Source: Eledone cirrhosa
Taxonomy: Eukaryota
DNA: 64,000 nt
Assembly: GCA_964016885.1 (NCBI GenBank)
Contig: OZ024758.1
Location: 9,858,001-9,922,000 of the forward strand
Direction: 5' to 3'
Below, piece by piece: positions 37,858 through 48,302 of this stretch (the first letter of the stretch is position 1; each line of letters starts with the position of its first letter). Made by a program: the position numbers and the translations under genes. The notes beneath the pieces were generated by a model, which saw only the letters and a program-made list of their open reading frames with translations, did not search any database and was not told where the DNA came from.

Positions 37858-37903
<46 letters not shown>

Positions 37904-40509
37904 TTTTGAAATAGTAAGACCATTATTCTGGAATTTGTTGTCGAAAGAGCAATAGCTCAACTGTCGGGCTCAGACTTTCTACTATATTGTTGTGGTGGGT
38001 GTAATATGCTTTTGTTTACTTATATTTGGACCATATTTCTTCACTTATCTATTGTGCCGACTCATATGAAAAATTGATTAAGTGCTTGCAGGAGAGACTT
38101 GTAAATGAATACGAACTGATTAAACAAATATTTTTGTCTGTTTCCATATTGGAATTTTAGTAGAATTAGATTTGTGAGTGTTGACACAAAGACGATAACA
38201 GTTCGGGAAACCTACATTACATGTTTAACAAAAGTAAGCAGCAGACATACAATTTCTTCTATTCATTTTAATTCGTTTGATACCAACCGTGCAAGACCGT
38301 CTCTAGTTTTATCCTACGAGGCGAGGATGAAAAGTTCATAGGCTGACAATGAAAGGAGTGATGCTAGAGCTGTGAAATTAATATCGCCTGCAGTATGATT
38401 TTGAACTAGGAACGTAAAGGGATGTAACTAAATACCACAAGAAATTCATTCATCTCTTATTTCGCCTCCTTTCATGTCTTATTCTATTACTATCTACGAA
38501 GGTAGGCTGAAAAGTCATAGACTGATTATGAAGGATTGATGCTAGAGCTGTGAAATCTTGCATGCATTAATTTCAACTTTTCTTATTAATAACTACATTG
38601 ATTCTTTCCAAGGACTATGTTCAAAAATAAACCTCATTTCGTCATTCCATGAGAGAAAAGTTCATAGGCCAGCCTATGAACTTTTCAGCCGATTGAAGTA
38701 ATTGTATCCTTCTATCGTAACTTTGAGTAAGAAACCTTGCTCAAGATATCTTCTAAACGCTATCTTAATGATGGTATCTAATTTAGGTACAAGTCTAACA
38801 ATTTTTTGGAAAAGGAAAGTTGATTAAGTCGACCCCAGAACTTGACTGGTACTTTATTTTATCGACCCCTAAGGATGAAAGGCAAAGCTAACCTCGACGG
38901 GATTTGAACTCAGAACGTAAAGGGAAGTAGCTATATGCCGCAAAGCATATTGCCCGACGCATTACCGATACTAATAAGCCACCGCCCTAACCAAACACTA
39001 TCTTAATAATAAAATTGTATATGTTTTTATATACATATTAGCAGAGTAATGGTTTTTGATTTAACCACTAAGCCACGCGCTTTCACTACCGTCTTATACA
39101 AAGAAGGACACATTAAATAATTGAGTCTTAGACATACTGTTTGAGAATAAAATGGGGTGGTTACTACTGGAACACCTTTGGTAATGAATTTACTGGACCG
39201 AGGCGGAGCTGAGATTAAATGTTATAAAAAACAAGATATAATCTTGTTAGAATAGCAGTGAAGTAGGGAAACTAATGTCATTATCATAGTTGGTTTGGAA
39301 TTTTATTACAAAATGTATCTCTTGGAATTATATCAATAAAAAACGTTTGACAAGTGCAAATCAATGATGGTACATTGGAGCAAAATATAGACACTATTTC
39401 AAGTTGTTTTAAAATAGTGAGCAAAAGTAAACATTCAAACGGTTCAAAATAAACATGATAGCCTATTATGTTTATATGAATATTCATTGAAAGATGTACA
39501 CTATCAATTCCGTAGTCTTTATATTGTTGATTTATTAAATGGAATCTGTAAACATAGGCCGATGATATGAAGGTGTATGCATTGCCATAAACAGCTACTT
39601 TCTACTGAAACCAATTCTTTTATGGTTTTTAGAGAATGTCACATTAATACAGTTTGCTTTTTAACACTATTGTCCAAAAGAATGAACAAGGACTGATTCA
39701 GCTTGGTGTCAATGTCTTCGTAGGTGTTGCCGCCCCATCAGAAAAAGCTGGAATAGATGCCACAAAGCAACCCATCCAACGCACTAATGATCTCGCCAAA
39801 CAACCGCACTGGATGAGTACTTAGTTTATCGACCCCGAAAGGATGAAAGGCAAAGGTTGACCTCGCCGGTATATGAACTTAAATTGCAGAGAAGCGAAAC
39901 AAATAATGAAGACATTTTAGCCGACGCTTTAAGGACTCTACCAATGGATAACCTCAAAATTTGACGATATCATATTATCAGTCCACGTACTTTAACATTC
40001 TTTTCATACCTAAATGAAATGTGCCTGTTCATTAATTTTTGTGATATCTTTATGTCTTCTAACTAATGAAGCTTTCCACTCAACGGGAACTTTATCAGAT
40101 TATAAAAAGACAAAGCACACATATTTCGGTTTGTGAAGTGGGTATAAAGAAGTTAAAGCTAACAATCACACTTGATCTTTAACCTATTCATAACCATATT
40201 TGCACTAAAATACATCACTCAATGTGTTTCTCTTAAATTTCAAAATACTCAAAAAAAAAAAAAAAAAAAATGTAATTGGCTTCGTAAAGTAACTAAACAG
40301 GTGTTTAGCACTTAAAAAAACTGTTATTATCTGGACAACCTTCTATCAAAGAACCAAAGACGGTCTGATGAAAGTTGGTATCAAAAGCGTTAATCTTTAA
40401 ATTCAAACATTGAAATTTCTTAGTCTAGCATTGTAATGTCAGCATTTATAGTCAAACGTATATTAAAATGGTCTTAATATCTTCAAACAGTAAGAACGTT
40501 AATAGATGT

Positions 40510-40665
40510 AGGCATTGCGGTGTGGTTAAGAGGTTTAATTTGCAACCACGTGGTTTCGGGTTCAATTCCACTTGCAGCACATTAGGCAAATGTATTTTGC
40601 AATAGACTCGGACTGCCCAAAATCCGTGGCATTTCATTGATGGAAAATACACGGAAGCCCAACGT
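40510..40665 (+). mobile_element. Older tRNA-derived SINE (family D); other copies at about 44430-44550 and 58530-58900
   Basis: tgtggttaagag...gggttcaattccac...ggcaaatgt...ggaaaatacacggaagccc, followed by (TG)n. Confidence 0.6.
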
Positions 40666-41282
40666 GTGTGTATTTCTCTTGCATAAAGGTTTCATAGGAT
40701 TAATTAAGGTTAAACATACTCATCGACGAGTCTCTCTCTCTCTCCCCCCCCCCTCTCTCTCTCTCTCTCTCGCGCACACAAACACACACACGTGTGTGTT
40801 TGTGTGTATGTGTGCGTGTGTAAACATCAATGAGAAAAAGAAAATGCTTTTGAAACGAAATCCCTTGCGATATTTGTTCTGCAGTGAGTTGCAGATATTT
40901 CATTGTTAATCTCAGAACCAGAACTGCACCGAACCAGTCAGTGACTAGCATGTCGAAAGCCTGCAATCAATGCTATTGTTCACCAGTTTTCATTATATAA
41001 GATAAATAAAAGGGATGATGATATCTATAACCATTGAGCTGTTGGTACACCACTGGAGAGATTATCTTTATATAGTGTATCTAGAATGACGCAGCCTAAC
41101 AATGGCCGTCGTTCTTCATGTTGTTGTTTTATTTAGTCACAGCTGTGCCCTAGTCTAGCTTGCCTATAATCAAAGTCGTTCCAGCTGGAGCCGTCACGTC
41201 TTATAAAGAAATCATTATCTAACACGAATTTCCTTTTTAGGGGGAGACTTAGCTACTTTTTCTAGAAGGTTAAGGAAACATA

Positions 41283-42807
41283 TAGAGACTCTCCTGTTGG
41301 TTTTTTTCGTTTTCAAGGAGCTAGCCACTTACCTATTTGGCAGAGCTATAGCTCCTTACAGTATTGAGCTATTCCAATCTCTCTTCCATCTAATTACGGT
41401 TAGAGACTCTCCTGTTGGTTTTTTCGTTTTCAAGGAGCTAGCCACTTACCTATTTGGCAGAGCTATAGCTCCTTACAGTATTGAGCTATTCCAATCTCTC
41501 TTCCATCTAATTACGGTTAGAGACTCTCCTGTTGGTTTTTTCGTTTTCAAGGAGCTAGCCACTTACCTATTTGGCAGAGCTATAGCTCCTTACAGTATTG
41601 AGCTATTCCAATCTCTCTTCCATCTAATTACGGTTAGAGACTCTCCTGTTGGTTTTTTTCGTTTTCAAGGAGCTAGCCACTTACCTATTTGGCAGAGCTA
41701 TAGCTCCTTACAGTATTGAGCTATTCCAATCTCTCTTCCATCTAATTACGGTTAGAGACTCTCCTGTTGGTTTTTTCGTTTTCAAGGAGCTAGCCACTTA
41801 CCTATTTGGCAGAGCTATAGCTCCTTACAGTATTGAGCTATTCCAATCTCTCTTCCATCTAATTACGGTTAGAGACTCTCCTGTTGGTTTTTTCGTTTTC
41901 AAGGAGCTAGCCACTTACCTATTTGGCAGAGCTATAGCTCCTTACAGTATTGAGCTATTCCAATCTCTCTTCCATCTAATTACGGTTAGAGACTCTCCTG
42001 TTGGTTTTTTCGTTTTCAAGGAGCTAGGCACTTACCTATTTGGCAGAGCTATAGCTCCTTACAGTATTGAGCTATTCCAATCTCTCTTCCATCTAATTAC
42101 GGTTAGAGACTCTCCTGTTGGTTTTTTCGTTTTCAAGGAGCTAGCCACTTACCTATTTGGCAGAGCTATAGCTCCTTACAGTATTGAGCTATTCCAATCT
42201 CTCTTCCATCTAATTACGGTTAGAGACTCTCCTGTTGGTTTTTTCGTTTTCAAGGAGCTAGCCACTTACCTATTTGGCAGAGCTATAGCTCCTTACAGTA
42301 TTGAGCTATTCCAATCTCTCTTCCATCTAATTACGGTTAGAGACTCTCCTGTTGGTTTTTTCGTTTTCAAGGAGCTAGCCACTTACCTATTTGGCAGAGC
42401 TATAGCTCCTTACAGTATTGAGCTATTCCAATCTCTCTTCCATCTAATTACGGTTAGAGACTCTCCTGTTGGTTTTTTTCGTTTTCAAGGAGCTAGCCAC
42501 TTACCTATTTGGCAGAGCTATAGCTCCTTACAGTATTGAGCTATTCCAATCTCTCTTCCATCTAATTACGGTTAGAGACTCTCCTGTTGGTTTTTTTCGT
42601 TTTCAAGGAGCTAGCCACTTACCTATTTGGCAGAGCTATAGCTCCTTACAGTATTGAGCTATTCCAATCTCTCTTCCATCTAATTACGGTTAGAGACTCT
42701 CCTGTTGGTTTTTTCGTTTTCAAGGAGCTAGGCACTTACCTATTTGGCAGAGCTATAGCTCCTTACAGTATTGAGCTATTCCAATCTCTCTTACATCTAA
42801 TTATGGT
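41283..42807. repeat. 117/118-bp tandem array with 13 near-identical units
   Basis: Unit tagagactctcctgttgg...catctaattacggt; variation limited to T-run length and one C>G change. Confidence 0.95.
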
Positions 42808-43075
42808 TATGTGGGCATGTTTTTGTTATCGGTAAGTCAGGAAGTCAGTGTCTTTGTGATGTTTTGGTCTCTCCGAAACTGACTGCAGGGAGAATGAAAG
42901 GTATCCTTAAACAGAAGACCTGGCTGGAAAGCTAGGAACAGGATGAGGTCCGCTAAAGGTACCTCAAAACAACATGGTCGTGTTAAACCAAGTGACAGTG
43001 TTTTGAACTCAGAACCTAAAGAACCACTCTAACTATTCCACCACGCTAGTCTGATACTTTATTATTTGGCCCTAA

Positions 43076-43268
43076 ATAATTGTTCTTACTTTTGGCACAA
43101 GGCCAGCAATTACCCCAGTGTATTACTGGTGCTTTATTTTATCAACCCCGTAAGGATGAAAGGCAAAGTAAACCTCGGCGGGATTTGAACTCAAGACGTA
43201 AAGGGCCATAACTCTACGCTGCAAAGCGTGGTTTCTGATGCTCTACCGATACTGCCAATCTACCGCCC
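43076..43268 (-). mobile_element. SINE A nested in an older SINE
   Basis: Flanked by the duplication ccctaaat(a/g)at; the host SINE continues on both sides. Confidence 0.8.
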
Positions 43269-43883
43269 TAAATGATGAAAGGCAAAGTTGATTTTGGTGA
43301 GATTTGAACTCAGAACACAATTACCGGGAATAAATATCGTCAGGCATTTTGTCCAATTTCTGACGCCTCGTTTTTAAGGTTTAAATCTCTCTACTGTGGA
43401 CACAATACAGTGTTATATTTTTTAAATCAAAATACGAACTATTGATCGACCTTATGTCAGATATTCTAGCTATCACCTTCTTTACTCTGCCACCTGTGAG
43501 GTTTATATATGAATTAGTTTTTGAAAACAATAGTTCTAGATTCAGACATTGACAAATCTAGATTGACAAACATTACACGGAAAACTAGGATAGGACATAG
43601 AAAGAAAACTGAATGATGAGAATTTTGGTTTGAAAGGAATTAAGATATTAATTCCACCTTATATTTATCCTTCAATTGTCAGGCTAAGGACTTATTCACC
43701 CAAAACATATAAACATACACAGATGTGTGCACACTATATTGCTGGTTATATAGATATAAACATGTACAGTTAATAAAAATAAGAACGCCAATCAACCAAA
43801 AAATGTTTTATTTTACAATTGTTTTCTTCTCTATTCAAATACATTCTATGAGAGTTGTCAGCTTCTGAAGAAGCCAATCTTAC

Positions 43884-44105
43884 ATTATTAAGGCTCCAAG
43901 AGGGTGGTGGATTAGCAGTATCGGTAGAGGGTCGGACACCATGCTTTGCAGCAAAGAGTTACGTTCCTTTATGGTCTGAGTTCAAATACCACCGAGGTTA
44001 ACTTTGCCTTTCATCCTTACGGGGTCGATAAAATAAAGTACCAGTAATACACTGCGATAATTGCTGGCCTTGTACCAAAAGTAGAAACAATTATTAAGGC
44101 CCCAA
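43884..44105 (+). mobile_element. Full-length SINE A with 16-bp TSD
   Basis: attattaaggc(t/c)ccaa at 43884-43899 and 44090-44105. Confidence 0.88.
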
Positions 44106-44589
44106 AACCTTGCACGCATGTCAGGGGGTCAGTTTTATTTAATATCTTTTCATTTGTCAGTACTGTTGATTCGGAATCAATAAGGTTTATTCAGGCTTGC
44201 ATATTTTTAGTGTAACTTAATCATAGATGATCTCTTTTGGCAAGAATCAATACGAAATTATATCAAAGAAATTGAGTTTATTGTAGATATTTCAATTCCT
44301 GGCAGAAAAATTCTAATTAATATGTATTAATGTAAATTTTATTTTAATACAGCATTACAATAAACTTGTTTAATGATACAGACAAAAATCATGTCAAAAT
44401 AACCCCCACAGGCAAATAAATAAATGTGTATTTAAAGAGTTCATTTCACAAACAGGTGGTTCCGTGGCAATGTAGACAAGCATCTTTTACTATAACCTCT
44501 AGTTGACCAAAACCTTCTGAGTAGATGAAAGCTGTGCAGAAGCCGTCCGTTTGGATGTATGAATTTTTCTCTTAATTTCGAGTATATTT

Positions 44590-44820
44590 TTTTTACCGGC
44601 CACCTTTCTGGTGGCAAGGTTGTAAAAGAAAAGAAATTGTCATCCCTTGAATCGCAAGAATGTTTTGCAAATTTTGAAGGTGCCAGCTATCGCAGCCATT
44701 TGTAGACTATGAATTAGGGAGCTGCGCTCTTTGTCCGCAAATCCAAGTTCAGTCATACTTTGGTCCAAGCGGGTTGGTATATAACCCGTAGCTCCAATAA
44801 TGGTGGGTATGAAGCTGTAT
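44590..44820 (-). mobile_element. 3' end of an RLE-type (R2/R4/NeSL group) non-LTR retrotransposon
   Basis: YSFIPTIIGATGYIP...LQMAAIAGTFKICKTFLRF*; short 3' UTR with hairpin gccacc/ggtggc. Confidence 0.6.
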
Positions 44821-44988
44821 GAATGTATGTATGTACGTACGTGTGTATGTATGTATGTCATCATCATCACCACCGATTAACGTCCATTTTCATGGGCAGT
44901 ATCGGTTGACCCGTTGTGAGACAAGTTAGAGCAGGTGACTATCTTGCTCACACAGAATTGTTTCTGACTTGGTTTCTTTGGCTGAAAG

Positions 44989-45155
44989 CTGGTACGTCTT
45001 AACAGCATTATAGGACCCCCGGGCAGATCTTACTGTAGAGTATAGTATTTATCAATTGACAGCAAGTCGCTACATACATAGATTACCATGGGCCCCCTAT
45101 CCTCGTGGGGCCCCCGGGTAACTGCCCAGCGTGGCCATGCGTTAAGACGACCCTG
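44989..45155. mobile_element. hAT-type MITE inserted in a SINE tail
   Basis: Termini ..cgtcttaac / gttaagacgaccctg; 8-bp TSD gctgaaag/gctggaag. Confidence 0.75.
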
Positions 45156-45241
45156 GCTGGAAGCCCTTCCTAACACCAACCACATTTACAGTGTGAACTG
45201 GGTGCTTTTTATCGTAAACCAAAACGTCCACTTATAATGTG

Positions 45242-45324
<83 letters not shown>

Positions 45325-45916
45325 GATACATACGTACATAGTCACTGTGGAACCTTACAGGATGGACTGGGTGCTTTGGATGTGGCACAAGCACTGCCAT
45401 TTTCCAGAGTAGGCTGGGTGTATTTTTCGCATGGCGTTATCACTAGTGTATGTATGTGGGGGGGTCATGCCACCGTGTGGGTGAGAAAGCGTCCTGTGAT
45501 GGGGGGCGTGGCCTTGAAGAATGTGAGTTGCGTCTGGCGATAAGGAGTGCCTGGCTTTCTATGCTTGCATGGGTAGACAAGGGAGTGATTCAGGTGGATG
45601 GGATGAAGTAGGGGTACATCTTTCTTCCATTCTAACATGGGTTTGGATGGGAAGGTAAATTGGGGATGCTGTAGTGTGGGAGAGGGAAGCACGTTGGGTG
45701 CACTCCATTCTGAGCTGACGTGGGTAACACGAGGGAAGAGGAGGATGTGGATGAAGAGACATGCAAGAAACGGAGTTTAAGGAGGGGGAAATATAACAGA
45801 GGAGGTCGGTCGATCAACCTACATATCTTGATTGCGTGTTTCAGCCTGCTCGTGTGGGTAAGGGGTGGGCTTAACTATATACTAAATATATATAGAGAAA
45901 TATAAATTTATCATAT

Positions 45917-45990
45917 AGTATGACCCCGACGGCAGAGCGCAAGCCGTTTCGACGTCGAAACGGCTTGAGCTCTGCCGTCGGGGTCATACT
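45917..45990. repeat. 74-bp GC-rich palindrome (1 mismatch) built from the 3' half of a hammerhead-like motif
   Basis: 37-bp arms centred on gac|gtc; each arm reads GAAAcggc...gccgTC-gggg. Confidence 0.85.
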
Positions 45991-46009
45991 TTTTCCTATT
46001 TCCCACTCT

Positions 46010-46170
46010 TCTACCAAAATGAACTGGCGCCAGACAGTTGAGAGGGACCTGCAAGCGACAAACAGACAATGGCGGGACGCTGTGCAACTGTCTGCTGACC
46101 GAACGCGGTGGAACACTATGATTGCCTCATGCGTCGCAAGACGCGGGAGCTCCTGAGTCTGAGTCTGACT
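46010..46170 (+). mobile_element. RTE LINE 3' end
   Basis: KMNWRQTVERDLQ...WRDAVQLSADRTRW; (gagtct)n tail. Confidence 0.7.
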
Positions 46171-46238
46171 CTACTACCCTAAGTATTGAGTACTCTGGTG
46201 CGTTATGGTCCATCTGGTCCCTTACCACAATTCCTTTG

Positions 46239-46276
<38 letters not shown>

Positions 46277-46481
46277 AAATGGGGAGGAGAATACTACAGG
46301 TTGCACATGGATAACATGTTATAAAATGAGTCCCTCATCAGTGATTTGCCAACGATCATAGATATTTCATTGCATTAAAAATCATATACCTCACGTTGGT
46401 GCAATAATAACTAAATATATATATATATAGTGAAAACAATGAAATTAAACAAAAAACGGTTAATTCATAGTAAAACTCATT

Positions 46482-46611
46482 ATTTTACGATCGTTTCTGG
46501 GTGGTAGTTCCCCGTACGTCCATTCTATTATTGATCTATGTAAAATATATTACAAATTATCATAGTAAGAAAAATATACATACGTCTTCTCTACCCGCCG
46601 TCTTCAGAAAA
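46482..46611 (-). ncRNA. Degenerate hammerhead with a long stem-II insertion
   Basis: CTGAAGA cgg-c-gggtag ... ctacca-c-cca GAAA cgatcg TA; stem I only about 3 bp. Confidence 0.5.
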
Positions 46612-46656
46612 TGTATATATATATATATATATATATTTATTAAAATAACAGATTAA

Positions 46657-46742
46657 AGTTTAAGCAAAGAATCGCTGCTTTCACCCTTAACGGGATCTTC
46701 TGAAACTTGTTAGTTTCAGAAGATCCCGTTAAGGGTGAAAGC
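46657..46742. ncRNA. CAGAAGA-core hammerhead (46657-46707, minus strand) with an inverted partial copy (46712-46742, plus strand)
   Basis: 46636-46707 matches 30247-30318; perfect 31-bp inverted arms. Confidence 0.6.
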
Positions 46743-46929
46743 ATATATACAAAAATTCTTATTTAGATAAAATAAGCCATATACCCATTGTATTCTCATT
46801 AAAAACCTTCTATATACTTGTTTACCAGCAAATTGAATTGCCATCTGTCATATACTATCCCTTCTCTTCTTCCTTTCTTACAACTAATATAAATACTTTA
46901 ATTTTTCTGATTTTTTCCAATTTATCCAA

Positions 46930-47047
46930 TATCTCTGAAGAAGTGACAACTGATTATACATTTGCTATCGAATACTTGCTAACATTATATGATTACGCAA
47001 GCAGCGATACATAGGTATTCCGTCTGTTACAGAAACATATGTCAATA
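46930..47047 (+). ncRNA. Degenerate hammerhead with a long stem-II insertion
   Basis: CTGAAGA 46935; a-gtgaca/tgttac-a; GAAA 47032; palindromic catatg; GUC; weak stem I. Confidence 0.5.
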
Positions 47048-47091
47048 CCGAATAAATTCCTTTATAAAAGCACTTTCATTTTATATTCATC

Positions 47092-47143
<52 letters not shown>

Positions 47144-47385
47144 TCATACAAAGATTTGTGACACAATACAAAGGATGGGAATGACTACCAAACCTGTTTA
47201 GAGAGGCTAATCTAATTATTGACATTATATTGGAGGAATTAACCGATCTTAGAGTTCGGCTGATAGCAATCACTTTAAATCTTGACTGGAAATTAAATAA
47301 GAAAACAGCACGACTGAATATATCGTGATTTTGAAAACACAGAAGAGATAAACATTTAATGTAATAAGATACAGTTTCTGTGGTT

Positions 47386-48140
47386 ACATACATATGTATA
47401 TACACATACATATATACATACATATATGTATATACATGCATACATTTATACATACATATGTGTAGATACATACATATGTATACATATATATACATAAATA
47501 TATATGTATATATATACATACGTATGTATACATACACACACATATATATATATAAATACATATGTATATATACATACGTATGTATACATACATATATACG
47601 TAAATACGTGCATATGTGCATGTACATACATATGTATACATACATAGATATACATATATATACATAAATACATATGTATATATACATACGTATGTATACA
47701 TACATATATACGTGCACATGTGCATGTACATACATATGTATACATACATAGATATACATAGATATACATATATATACATAAATACATATGTATATATACA
47801 TACGCATGTATACATACATATATACATACATACATATGTGCATGTACATACATATGTATACATACATACATATACATATATATACATAAATACATATGTA
47901 TATATACATACGTATGTATACATACATATATACATGTACATACATATATATATATATATATATACATACGTAATATATACGTACGTAATACATACGTACG
48001 TAATACATACATACCTACACAGGCACACACACATATACACACACATACATACATGCATAGATATATACATACATATGCTGTGTGAAATATAGCCTATATG
48101 TTTATATGCAGTATGCATGTGTGCGTGCGTGTGTGTATAT
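47386..48140. repeat. Complex TA/CA microsatellite with higher-order duplications
   Basis: Read directly from the sequence; produces many spurious ORFs. Confidence 0.95.
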
Positions 48141-48302
48141 TGAACATTCATAGTATACTGTATATGACAGAGAATATCACAGATTGTGTTTAGATACTTC
48201 GAACCTTTTGGGCTCCCCCCCCCCCCCCCTCACGGCCAGGTAATGCCCTCAGCACCCACCCACCCCCCCTATTTCCAGAGATAGCCTACACGCAAATTGT
48301 AA

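Noticed and set aside
41297-42835. ORFs of up to 296 aa
   Set aside because: Translation of a 117-bp tandem unit with non-ATG starts and frameshifting T-runs
43901-43995. tRNA-like A and B boxes
   Set aside because: SINE head with no cloverleaf; not a tRNA gene
46270-46345. Minus-strand CTGATGA in a TA-flanked block
   Set aside because: Second half of the core is absent
47094-48151. Long Y/I/M/C/V-rich ORFs
   Set aside because: Microsatellite translations
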